From: an uncultured Geminicoccaceae bacterium
Lineage (GTDB): Bacteria > Pseudomonadota > Alphaproteobacteria > Geminicoccales > Geminicoccaceae
Assembly: GCA_964402505.1 (NCBI GenBank)
Contig: CAYOCP010000016.1
Location: forward strand, 27,853-91,852
Length of the DNA stretch: 64,000 nt
Reading direction: 5' to 3'
Shown: one piece after another, positions 24,670 through 32,819 of the stretch
How the letters are laid out: each line of letters opens with the position of its first letter
How positions within the stretch are numbered: position 1 is the stretch's first letter
Notes under the pieces: generated by a model
What the model saw: only the letters and a program-made list of their open reading frames with translations
What the model was told of the DNA's origin: nothing
Databases searched by the model: none
Made by a program: the position numbers and the translations under genes

Positions 24670-25422
24670 TCAGGTCCCGCCTCCGGCGACGTAGATGCTC
24701 CAGAAGGAATCGGCATCGAGGCTGGCGCCGCCGACGAGCGCGCCGTCGACCGCCTCGAGAGCCATGATGTCGGCCGCGTTCTCGGGCTTGACGGAGCCGC
24801 CGTAGAGCAGGGCCACATCGTCGCCGCCGGCGATCCGCTCCCTCAGGAGCCGGCGGAGCTCGGCGTGGGTGTCGCCGATCTCGGCGAGGCTCGGCGTCCG
24901 GCCCGTGCCGATCGCCCAGACGGGCTCGTAGGCCAGAACCAGGGTCTCCGGCGTCGCCCCGTCCGGCAGGCTCTCCTTGATCTGGCGTGCCAGCACCTCG
25001 CTCCGCTCGCCGGCCGTGTACTGCGCCTCGGTCTCGCCGATGCAGAGGATGACGGCGAGTCCGGCGGCCAGCGCCGCCTCGCCCTTGGCGCGAACCTCCG
25101 CGTCGGTCTCGCCGAGCCCGTGCCGCCGCTCGGAATGGCCGAGGATCACCGCCCGGGCACCCGCGTCCTTCAGCATGGCGGCGCTGATCGAGCCGGTGAA
25201 GGCGCCGCTCTCGGCGGCGTGGCAATCCTGGCCGCCGACGAGGATTCGGCTCTTGCCGACCCGCTGCGCCACGGCCGCGAGCAGCGTCGCCGGCGGGAAG
25301 ATGCCGAGCGTGCCGGTGGCGTGCGCGGCCCGCGCCTCGAGTCGGCCGGCCAGCGCCAGGCCGTCGGCACGGAGCCCGTTCATCTTCCAATTGCCGAGCA
25401 CCACCGGACGTGCCAGAGGCAT
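24670..25422 (-). CDS. tpiA: Triosephosphate isomerase
   Basis: GNWKMNG, ILGHSERR and AYEPVWAIGTG motifs. Confidence 0.95.
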   Translation of the reverse strand: MPLARPVVLGNWKMNGLRADGLALAGRLEARAAHATGTLGIFPPATLLAAVAQRVGKSRILVGGQDCHAAESGAFTGSISAAMLKDAGARAVILGHSERRHGLGETDAEVRAKGEAALAAGLAVILCIGETEAQYTAGERSEVLARQIKESLPDGATPETLVLAYEPVWAIGTGRTPSLAEIGDTHAELRRLLRERIAGGDDVALLYGGSVKPENAADIMALEAVDGALVGGASLDADSFWSIYVAGGGT

Positions 25423-25566
25423 CCCAGGACCTCACCGAGTTGCGGGAACGCGCGCCTCCTAGCACAGCGGCCGGTCCCTGTCCAAGCGCCCCGGGCACCT
25501 TCGGGATTGCCCCGAGGGCCGGCAGCCCATACTGTCGGATCGCGTTCTCGAAGGGTTCCGTCCGTC

Positions 25567-27456
25567 ATGCTCGATGCGATGCGCAAACGCGCCAATAGCT
25601 GGTTCGTTCGCGGGCTCCTCCTCATCCTCATCGCCAGCTTCGCCGTCTGGGGCATCGGCGACACCTTCTTCGGCCGGCCGGACACGGCCGTCGCCGTGCA
25701 GGTCGGCGATGTCGAGGTCCCGCTCCAGGAGGTCGACCGGGCCTTCGAGCTCGACCGCCGCGCCTTCGGCGACCAGCTCGGGACCACGCTCGACCGGCGC
25801 CAGGCCGCGTCCCTCGGCATCCTCAACCGCAGCCTGCAGAACGTCATCGCCCGTGCCCTGGTCGACCAGCATCGCCGCGACCTCGGCATCGGGGTCACCG
25901 ACGACGAGGTGAGGACGGCGATCCAGAACGACCCGCGCTTCTCCACCGGCGGCAGCATCGACCGGGTGCGCTTCGACATGTTCCTCCGCTCGCAGGGCCT
26001 GAGTGAGGCCGGCTATGTCGAGCAGGTGCGGGCGGATATCGGCCGGGCCCGGATCCTGGATGCGCTGACCGGCCCGATCGAGGCGCCGGCGGCGCTCACC
26101 CAGCGGCTCGGCGCCTGGCGCGGCGAGACCCGCAGCGGCACCGCCCTCGAGGTGGCGAGCGCCTCGATGACCGCCCCGGAGCCGACCGAGGCCGAGCTCG
26201 AGGCCTTCCTCGAGAGCCACACCGAAAGCTTCGAGGCACCGGAATACCGGACCGTCAGCCTGGTCATGCTCACCCCCGACGATCTCGTCGACGAGATCCA
26301 GATCGACGAGGCGAAGCTCCGGGAGGAGTACGAGGCCAGGGCCGATTTCTACACCACGCCCGAGCGTCGCCGCGTCGGGCAGTTGCTGGCGAGCGACCGC
26401 GAGGCCATCGAGGACGCCCGCCGGGCGCTCGAGGAGGGTGCCAATTTCGCCGAGGTCGCCGACCGGATGGCCGATCGGGGCGTCACCTACAGCGTGCTCG
26501 GGCCGACCGCGCGGACGGACCTTCCGCCCGCCTTCGGCGATGCCATCTTCGCGCTCGAGCCGGGCGGCCTCAGCGAGCCGGTCGAGAGCGCCTTCGGCTG
26601 GCATCTCTTCCGCCTGATCGAGGTCGAGCCCGCGACCGTTCGTCCCTTCGAGGAGGTCCGGGACGAGATCCGCCACGATCTCGCCCTGGACCAGGCGATC
26701 GACCAGCTCCCCGACCTCGCCACAGCGCTCGACGACGGCATCGCCGCCGGCGAGAGCCTCGAGGAGGCGGCGGCGGCCGTAGGCGTCACGGCGAGGCGGT
26801 TCCCGGCCATCGACGCCGAGGGTCGCGACGCCGGCGGCGCGGCCGTCGAGGGCGGAGCGCCGCCGGCCGAGGTCCTGCAGGCCATCTTCGCCGCACCGGT
26901 GGACGAGACGTCGCTCCTCCAGGAGACGCCGGACGGCATCTTCTACATGTTCCGGGTCGACGCCGTCGAGCCGGCCCGCCCGCGCCGCCTCGACGAGGTC
27001 AGGGACGAGGTGGCGGAGCTCTGGCACCAGGAAACGCGCCAGCGGCTCGCGACCGAGCGTGCCGGGGAGATCATGCTGGATGCGCGCGCCGGGAAAACGC
27101 TGGAGGCGCTCGCGGCGGAGCTCGGCCCGGCGGTCACGCTCCGCCAGCTCGGCCCGCTCGGCCGCTTCGCCGACGGCAGCGAGGCGGGCCTGACGCGGCA
27201 GGCGGTCGAGGCGCTCTTCGCCACAAACAAGGGCGAGCTCGCGCGCGAGCCGGTGGCGACCGAGACGGGCAGCGCCATCCTGCGGACCGATTCGGTCACC
27301 GTGCCCGAGAGTGTTCCGCCCGAGCTCAGGGACCAGCTCGACCGGGCGGTGCGCAACGACATCCTGATCCAGTACGAGGCGGCGCTGCGCCGCCGCTATC
27401 CGGTCGAGATCAACGAGGCGGCCATCGCCACGCTGTTTCCGGCCGACGAACCCTGA
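25567..27456 (+). CDS. Periplasmic chaperone / peptidyl-prolyl isomerase, PpiD/SurA-N family
   Basis: 629 aa: MLDAMRKRANSWFVRGLLLILIASFAVWGIGD... (N-terminal anchor, SurA_N-like) and a parvulin-like segment (ESAFGWHLFRLIEV). ATG 25567 lies inside tracked ORF 24607..27456. Usual tpiA / trpE neighbour. Confidence 0.78.
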   Translation: MLDAMRKRANSWFVRGLLLILIASFAVWGIGDTFFGRPDTAVAVQVGDVEVPLQEVDRAFELDRRAFGDQLGTTLDRRQAASLGILNRSLQNVIARALVDQHRRDLGIGVTDDEVRTAIQNDPRFSTGGSIDRVRFDMFLRSQGLSEAGYVEQVRADIGRARILDALTGPIEAPAALTQRLGAWRGETRSGTALEVASASMTAPEPTEAELEAFLESHTESFEAPEYRTVSLVMLTPDDLVDEIQIDEAKLREEYEARADFYTTPERRRVGQLLASDREAIEDARRALEEGANFAEVADRMADRGVTYSVLGPTARTDLPPAFGDAIFALEPGGLSEPVESAFGWHLFRLIEVEPATVRPFEEVRDEIRHDLALDQAIDQLPDLATALDDGIAAGESLEEAAAAVGVTARRFPAIDAEGRDAGGAAVEGGAPPAEVLQAIFAAPVDETSLLQETPDGIFYMFRVDAVEPARPRRLDEVRDEVAELWHQETRQRLATERAGEIMLDARAGKTLEALAAELGPAVTLRQLGPLGRFADGSEAGLTRQAVEALFATNKGELAREPVATETGSAILRTDSVTVPESVPPELRDQLDRAVRNDILIQYEAALRRRYPVEINEAAIATLFPADEP

Positions 27457-27484
27457 GCACCTGCCCGATCCTGGAGCTTTCGCC

Positions 27485-29011
27485 TTGGCCTTCACCGAAG
27501 AGGTCCTGCCGCACCGGGCGGCCTTTCGCGACACCTATCGGGCCGGCCGCAGCCAGGTGGTCTGGACGACCGTGGTCGCCGACCTCGAGACCCCCGTCTC
27601 GGCCATGCTCAAGCTCACCGGCGGAAGGCCCTACAGCTTTCTTCTGGAGAGCGTCGAGGGCGGTGCCAAGCGCGGTCGCTACTCGATCATCGGCACCAAG
27701 CCCGACCTCGTCTGGCGCTGCCACGGCGAGGCGGCCGAGATCAACCGCCAGTGCCGGTTCGACCGGCGGGATTTCCGGCCGGAGCCGCTGCCCACCCTCG
27801 AGAGCCTGAGGGCGCTGCTCGCCGAGACGCGCATCGACGTGCCGGAGCAGCTGCCGCCGATGGCGGCCGGGCTTTTCGGCTTTCTCTCCTACGACATGAT
27901 CCGCCTGGTCGAGCCGGTGCCCCTGACCAACCCCGACCGCATCGGCCTGCCGGACGCCCTTTTCCTCCGGCCGACGCTCATCGCCATCTTCGACAACATC
28001 AAGGACATCATCACGATCGTCACGCCCGTCTTTCCCGCTTCAGGCGGGCGGGTGGGACCGGATGCCGACGCGGCCTACGACCAGGCGCTCGAGCGGCTGG
28101 CCGACGCGGTCGCGGACATGGGCCGCGGCATCGGTCAGGCGCCGCCGGCGCATGTCGAGAAAGCACCCGAGCCCGTGGCCAACATGAGCCGCGAAGCCTA
28201 CCACCGGATGGTCGAGCGGGCGAAGGAGTACATCCTCGCCGGCGACATCTTCCAGGTGGTCCCGTCGCAGCGCTTCGCCGTGCCGTTCGGCCTGCCGCCC
28301 ATGGCCCTCTATCGGGCGCTCCGCCGGCTCAACCCCTCCCCCTTCCTCTTTCTCCTCGACCTCGACGGCGCCACGCTCGTGGGCTCGAGCCCGGAAATCC
28401 TGGTTCGCGTGCGCGACGGCCGGGTCACCATCCGGCCGATCGCCGGCACCAGGCCACGCGGTCGGGACGCCGCCGAGGACACGGCACTGGCCGAGGAGAT
28501 GCTGGCCGATCCCAAGGAGCTGGCCGAGCACCTGATGCTGCTCGACCTCGGCCGCAACGACGTCGGCAGGGTCGCCCGGATCGGCTCGGTCGAGGTCACG
28601 GAGAAGATGATCGTCGAACGCTACAGCCACGTCATGCACATCGTCTCGAATGTCGAGGGCGATCTCCGTGCCGACTGCGACGTGATCGACGCGCTCCTCG
28701 CCGGCTTTCCCGCCGGCACCACCACCGGCGCCCCCAAGGTCAGGGCGATGCAGATCATCGAGGAGCTCGAGCCCGAGCGCCGCTCGTTCTATGCCGGTGC
28801 GGTGGGCTACCTCTCGGCCGACGGCAACATGGACACCTGCATCGCGCTCAGAACCGCCCTCGTCAAGGACGGCACCATGTACGTCCAGGCCGGCGGCGGC
28901 GTGGTCGCCGACAGCGACCCCGAGGCCGAGTACCAGGAAAGCCGCAACAAGGCCCAGGCCCTGATCCGCGCCGCCGAGGAGGCGGTCCGCTTCGCCACGC
29001 GGGGGCGGTAG
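27485..29011 (+). CDS. trpE: Anthranilate synthase component I
   Basis: 508 aa with the chorismate-binding core (IFQVVPSQRF, GTRPRG, GAVGYLSADGNMDTCIALRT). TTG start. Confidence 0.95.
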   Translation: MAFTEEVLPHRAAFRDTYRAGRSQVVWTTVVADLETPVSAMLKLTGGRPYSFLLESVEGGAKRGRYSIIGTKPDLVWRCHGEAAEINRQCRFDRRDFRPEPLPTLESLRALLAETRIDVPEQLPPMAAGLFGFLSYDMIRLVEPVPLTNPDRIGLPDALFLRPTLIAIFDNIKDIITIVTPVFPASGGRVGPDADAAYDQALERLADAVADMGRGIGQAPPAHVEKAPEPVANMSREAYHRMVERAKEYILAGDIFQVVPSQRFAVPFGLPPMALYRALRRLNPSPFLFLLDLDGATLVGSSPEILVRVRDGRVTIRPIAGTRPRGRDAAEDTALAEEMLADPKELAEHLMLLDLGRNDVGRVARIGSVEVTEKMIVERYSHVMHIVSNVEGDLRADCDVIDALLAGFPAGTTTGAPKVRAMQIIEELEPERRSFYAGAVGYLSADGNMDTCIALRTALVKDGTMYVQAGGGVVADSDPEAEYQESRNKAQALIRAAEEAVRFATRGR

Positions 29012-29019
29012 GCGAAGTG

Positions 29020-29359
29020 TCCCGAGCGGTATTCTCCATGTGCTGCGGTCCGGCTGCCGCTGGCGCGACTGCCCGCCCGGATCGGGACCTGCAAGCGCTT
29101 CATCGCCGACCGCGCCTACGATGCCGACGCCCTGCGACGGAAGTTGCGCGACAGTGGCATCAAGCCGATCATTCCGGGCAGGAAGAACCGAAACGTCAAG
29201 ACCCGCCACGGCAACGAAGCCTACAAGCAGCGCTGGCGGGTCGAGGCGGCGATCGGCCGCCTCGAGGACTTCCGTCGCGCGCTCACCCGCTACGACAAGC
29301 TCGCCCGAACCTTTCGTGATACCGTCGCGCTCGCCTCCATATACATGTTCTGGCTGTGA
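29020..29359 (+). mobile_element. IS5-family (IS427/IS1031-like) transposase remnant, internally deleted and frame-shifted
   Basis: One frame reads GILHVLRSGCRWRDCPP..GP (N-terminal W-RD-LP motif of this transposase group). It then switches frame to ...CKRFIADRAYDADALRRKLRDSGIKPIIPGRKNRNVKTRHGNEAYKQRWRVEAAIGRLEDFRRALTRYDKLARTFRDTVALASIYMFWL* (C-terminal DDE region). The whole middle of the protein is missing, and no terminal inverted repeats were identified. Confidence 0.7.
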
Positions 29360-29538
29360 TTGAGTCCATACCCAAATAACAGCTGATATAGCGGCAAGAT
29401 AATTTTTTTATGAAATTTTATCGGAATATTCCAGTGAAAGAGCAAGGCCGAGCATCGTCCTTGCAGCAAATTTGCACTTTGGAGACAAAGTCCATGCGCC
29501 AAATTTCTGGCTTCCGCAAATCATGCATATGTCTTGGG

Positions 29539-29844
29539 TCATGTCCTTACCTCGGGCCGCTCCACATGGCGGACGGTCGCGACGATCTCCGCCTCGCGCT
29601 GCTTCACCTGCGCCAGGTCGTAGTTGGCCTGCATCCTGACCCATGCCTCGGCACCACCGCCGAAAGCGGCGGCGAGGCGCACGGCCATCTCGGCGGAAAT
29701 GCCCGCCTTACCGTTGACCAGGTTGTTGAGGGCCTGCCGCGTGACGCCAAGCGCCTTCGCGCCTTCCGTGACGCTCAGGGCCAGCGGCTCCAGGCACTCT
29801 TGCCGGACCAGGCGGCCCGGATGGGGGGGATTGAGCATTGCCAT
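29539..29844 (-). CDS. higA: HigA-family antitoxin (XRE HTH)
   Basis: 101 aa: MAMLNPPHPGRLVRQECLEPLALSVTEGAKALGVTRQALNNLVNGKAGISAEMAVRLAAAFGGGAEAWVRMQANYDL is the classic HigA pattern. GAGGAG lies 6 nt upstream of ATG 29844. Confidence 0.86.
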   Translation of the reverse strand: MAMLNPPHPGRLVRQECLEPLALSVTEGAKALGVTRQALNNLVNGKAGISAEMAVRLAAAFGGGAEAWVRMQANYDLAQVKQREAEIVATVRHVERPEVRT

Positions 29845-29857
29845 AGCGGGCTCCTCG

Positions 29858-30143
29858 TTAATGGTAGTCGGTGAGTTCCACATCGAAGGCGGTCCCGTTC
29901 TCGAAGCGCAAGATGACGCGCCAACTGGCCCGCACCGTGACGCTCCAGAAGCCCTTGAGGTCGCCTTTCAGGGGATGCAGCCGGAAGCCGGGGAGGTTCA
30001 TGTCCTCCACGGCGGCAGCCGCCTCCAGAGCCGCCAGGATGTTCTCGACCTTCTCGACGTGCTCCGGCGCTATCCGGCTTCGGTCGTCCGTCTCGTAGAG
30101 CCGCTTCAGCCTTCGGTCCTTGAAACTCCCAATCGTTCATCAT
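29858..30143 (-). pseudogene. higB: HigB-like (RelE/ParE superfamily, plasmid-maintenance killer) toxin with a 1-nt frameshift after the start codons
   Basis: The frame ending at TAA 29858-29860 reads (T)IGSFKDRRLKRLYETDDRSRIAPEHVEKVENILAALEAAAAVEDMNLPGFRLHPLKGDLKGFWSVTVRASWRVILRFENGTAFDVELTDYH. It is preceded in-frame by TGA TGA. The only ATGs (ATGATG, 30143-30138) are one base out of frame, so ATGATGAACGATTGGG would read M-M-T-I-G if one A were removed. Confidence 0.65.
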
Positions 30144-30147
30144 CCAA

Positions 30148-30327
30148 ATGTATAGTGACAAGCGTCACTTGTCAATTTCTCTTCCCAGGCTCTCCGAGGA
30201 GCGGTTTATCGAGATCGTGATCAATGGTCGCCAAGGCACGCAGATGCCCACGTTCGGCTACATCCTGTCGCCCAGCGACGTGGCGAAGGTCTACGCCTTC
30301 GTCACGACCCGCAAGAGCGCGTTCTAG
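30148..30327 (+). pseudogene. C-terminal fragment of a class I c-type cytochrome
   Basis: 59-codon frame ending ...EERFIEIVINGRQGTQMPTFGYILSPSDVAKVYAFVTTRKSAF*. This is the Met-ligand (G..MP.F) tail of monohaem cytochromes c, but there is no CxxCH and no signal peptide. The tracked ORF 30224..30490 is in a different frame and has no recognisable content. Confidence 0.4.
30149..30175 (-). promoter_or_regulatory. Putative higBA promoter with overlapping operator palindrome
   Basis: On the minus strand, TTGACA (30175-30170) and TATACA (30154-30149) are separated by 15 nt. The inverted repeat TGACAAG-N5-CTTGTCA (30156-30174) spans the -35 and spacer. Confidence 0.45.
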
Positions 30328-30523
30328 GTATTTTATCCGAAAGCTCGAGCAATTCGGGACGCGACGGGGGACGGCTCTCCTCGTCGCGGGCCTCGCCCTC
30401 GATCGTCACCGCAGCCGAGGTTCGAGAGTGACCATTGACAAGGCCACCCACAGCGTCTTACGTGAAATAAAAGAAAATACAAAATTATAGACAGAACTCC
30501 GTGTGAAAAAGAGGGGACAGCGG

Positions 30524-31051
30524 GTGAGCGAAGCACTCAGGCAACTGATCAGCGAGACGCAGAGCAGGTTCAAGACCGAGCCGGGGCGAGCGAACGTGAC
30601 CTTCGGGTCGCGGTCCGCATTGCAGGAGGGACTGCGCTCCGAGATATCGATCCGCGAGCACCGGATCGTGGTGGACGAGCCGTCCGAGCTGGGAGGAACC
30701 GACGCCGGGCCTAATCCGGTGGAGCTCATCCTGGCTGCGCTCGGCAGCTGTCAGGAGATCACCTATCGAGCGTATGCGACAGCTTTGGGCATTCCTCTGG
30801 ACAGCGTTTCGGTCACCCTCTCCGGCGCGATCGACCTGAAGGGTTTTTTCGCGGTCGACGAGAACGTACGCGCCGGCTATCAGGCGATCACCGGCACTGT
30901 GCGGCTGGAGTCGTCGGCGAGCGACGAGCAGCTCGAGATGCTGCGAACCGTAGTCAACGCGCACTGCCCGGTGCTCGACATCATCAACAAGCCGGTGCCG
31001 GTGGCACTCGATCTGGTTGTCGAACGGCCCGTGGCGGTTGCAGCGGGGTAA
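30524..31051 (+). CDS. OsmC/Ohr-family peroxiredoxin-like protein
   Basis: ELGGTDAGPNPVELILAALGSCQEITY and NAHCPV motifs. GTG 30524 follows AGAGGGGA; the tracked start at 30503 (GTG) is the alternative. Confidence 0.85.
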   Translation: MSEALRQLISETQSRFKTEPGRANVTFGSRSALQEGLRSEISIREHRIVVDEPSELGGTDAGPNPVELILAALGSCQEITYRAYATALGIPLDSVSVTLSGAIDLKGFFAVDENVRAGYQAITGTVRLESSASDEQLEMLRTVVNAHCPVLDIINKPVPVALDLVVERPVAVAAG

Positions 31052-31212
31052 CGCTCTTGGCGCTTCCTGCACGGTAGAGACCATCATCGAGCCACCCGCT
31101 CGGGCCGATGACCAGCACGTCCCCTTGCCGGATCCCTGCACCCTGATCAGCGCCGACGAAGAGGCAGTCCGCTTCGCCGGCGGGCGGCGGCAGGAACGCC
31201 GTCGGGGCCGGC

Positions 31213-31722
31213 TCAGCCGTGCTCGGACCAGGTGTCGTCGGCATTCCGGCAGGCGGTGCCGACCAGGGTCTCGGACTTGCCGCCGACCTTGATCTTGGTC
31301 GTGTATTCGCGGCAGGTCTGGCCTGTGGCCGGCAGCGTTCCCTGCCGATTGGCCACCGAGTAGCCGCTATTGCCGGTATTCGGGTTGTCCCAGACGATCT
31401 CTTGGCCGATCGGCGCATTCATGGCCCCGTTCCAGCTGCGCTCGGCATAGAGCCGGTCGGCCTTGTCCAGGCTCTCGCCCATGGCCGAGCCTGCGAGCAG
31501 ACCGGCAATGCCGCCGAGGGCAGCGCCCGCACCGATCGCGACGGCATTCTTGCCGCCGCCGCCGAGCGCATTGCCGGCGAGGCCGCCGATCACCGCTCCA
31601 CCGACCGCGCCGACCGCCGCTCCCGCCGTCTGCTTGGGCCCGGGCCGGCCCGCCTCGGGCATGGCGCAGGCAGCCAGCAGCATGGCCAGCAGGGTGATCG
31701 AAGCGAGATGACCATGTCGCAT
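31213..31722 (-). CDS. Outer-membrane lipoprotein, glycine-zipper / 17-kDa surface-antigen-like
   Basis: Signal peptide with lipobox LLAAC, a Gly-zipper stretch (GAAVGAVGGAVIGGLAGNALGGGG...GAGAALGGIAGLLAGSAMG) and a C-terminal Cys pair (TCREY...GTACRN). Confidence 0.78.
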   Translation of the reverse strand: MRHGHLASITLLAMLLAACAMPEAGRPGPKQTAGAAVGAVGGAVIGGLAGNALGGGGKNAVAIGAGAALGGIAGLLAGSAMGESLDKADRLYAERSWNGAMNAPIGQEIVWDNPNTGNSGYSVANRQGTLPATGQTCREYTTKIKVGGKSETLVGTACRNADDTWSEHG

Positions 31723-31915
31723 CGCAAGGCTCCTCCGCCAGGGTCAGAACAGCGCAAATGTCGAGCAGACCGGCGGACGGACCGGCAATCCATCGCTCCC
31801 GCCACGCACGGATCGAGAATACCACGAGGGGCCACCGGTATTGCGATCGATCCGACGCGTGTTGCCGCACCGAGGGATGCTTTCATGCTTCTGAGGCGGA
31901 ACGGGCGCCCGAACC

Positions 31916-32308
31916 CTATGTCTCGAAACGCCCTTTGGTGTCACGATCGCGCGCGTAGCGTCGCCCGAGCGGAAAGGGCGGCAGCCAGGACTCCCGCCGA
32001 ACGGTCCAGCTCTCGTAGGTCGGCACGAGCCGGTCCGGCGCATCGAGGCATCCCAGGCTCACCTCGACCTCGTCACCGGTGCGGGCGAAGACCGACGAGC
32101 CGCAGCGGGGACAGAAGAACCGGCCGGCGAAGTCGCGCGTCTCGCCCTCGATCGTCACCGCATCCCCGGGGAACACCGCGATCGCCTGGAAGAGGGCCCC
32201 GTGATGCTTGCGGCAGTCGAGGCAGTGGCAGATACCGACCCGGTAGGGCCGCCCCGACGCAACGAGCCGCACGTCACCGCAGAGACAGCCGCCCGTGAAC
32301 CTATCCAT
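31916..32308 (-). CDS. GFA-family (CENP-V/glutathione-dependent formaldehyde-activating) zinc protein
   Basis: GGCLCGDVR..., ICHCLDCRKHHG, FCPRCGS cysteine pattern; 130 aa. Confidence 0.85.
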   Translation of the reverse strand: MDRFTGGCLCGDVRLVASGRPYRVGICHCLDCRKHHGALFQAIAVFPGDAVTIEGETRDFAGRFFCPRCGSSVFARTGDEVEVSLGCLDAPDRLVPTYESWTVRRESWLPPFPLGRRYARDRDTKGRFET

Positions 32309-32322
32309 GCTTGCGGGTCACC

Positions 32323-32562
32323 TCAGGCGATCGCTGGCGCCGCGTATATCGCCGGCCGATAGCGCGGCTCGGGGATCGGGTCGCCGTGCTCCATGGCGCT
32401 TTCGAGCCATGCCTGCACGGCGACCTGCACCTCGCGGGCAGCCATCTCCGGGCTGTCACCGAAAGCGGAGCAGAAGCGGAGATCCGGGACGTCCGCGACC
32501 CAGCACTCGTCCTCCGCCGACCAGAAGATATTGATGTGATAGGGCGTCGATCTGTCAGTCAT
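32323..32562 (-). CDS. hicB: HicB-family antitoxin
   Basis: 79 aa: YHINIFWSAEDECWVADVPDLRFCSAFGDSPEMAAREVQVAVQAWLESAMEHGDPIPEP is the HicB/UPF0150 RNase-H-like fold pattern. Overlaps the hicA stop by 8 nt. Confidence 0.8.
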   Translation of the reverse strand: MTDRSTPYHINIFWSAEDECWVADVPDLRFCSAFGDSPEMAAREVQVAVQAWLESAMEHGDPIPEPRYRPAIYAAPAIA

Positions 32563-32803
32563 CGAGGGTCAATCCCGCGGCTTCGACGAGTTGGAAGAGC
32601 TGGCGCACCTGGTAGGGCGTCGCCCGCCCCCCTTGCGGCTGCACATTCATCCGCTGCCGCAGTGGCGGATGATACCAGATTCGATGGCTGCCCGTCTGGC
32701 GATCGAGCACGAAGCCGAAGGCCACCAGGGGCCGTTCGAAGTCAGTGAAGCGAACATTCCTGCTGCCGTCGAGGATCGACTGCCAGACCCGACTGGGCCT
32801 CAT
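32555..32803 (-). CDS. hicA: HicA-family mRNA interferase toxin
   Basis: 82 aa: ...VRFTDFERPLVAFGFVLDRQTGSHRIWYHPPLRQRMNVQPQGGRATPYQVRQLFQLVEAAGL (GSH...KPYQV-type HicA). ATG 32803 lies inside tracked ORF 32555..32851. Weak RBS. Confidence 0.72.
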   Translation of the reverse strand: MRPSRVWQSILDGSRNVRFTDFERPLVAFGFVLDRQTGSHRIWYHPPLRQRMNVQPQGGRATPYQVRQLFQLVEAAGLTLDD

Positions 32804-32819
32804 CAGAAAATGGTGCCCG

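Noticed and set aside
29360-29540. A tRNA or small RNA gene in the AT-rich spacer that could mark an integration site
   Set aside because: I could not fold any cloverleaf-like arrangement (no acceptor/T-arm GTTCRANNC signature), and no convincing terminator-bounded hairpin was seen. The region is treated as foreign AT-rich non-coding DNA with a possible small ORF.
29775-30161. 128-aa tracked ORF (MSLYIWMMNDWEFQGPKAEAALRDG...)
   Set aside because: It is the wrong reading frame of the higB region. It exists only because the ATGATG start is shifted by one base relative to the HigB frame, and its product has no family resemblance and runs into higA.
30224-30490. 88-aa tracked ORF downstream of the higBA promoter
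   Set aside because: Its Arg/Ser/Thr-rich translation has no recognisable features. A different frame over 30148-30327 gives a cytochrome c C-terminal signature, so the region is interpreted as a gene fragment plus non-coding DNA.
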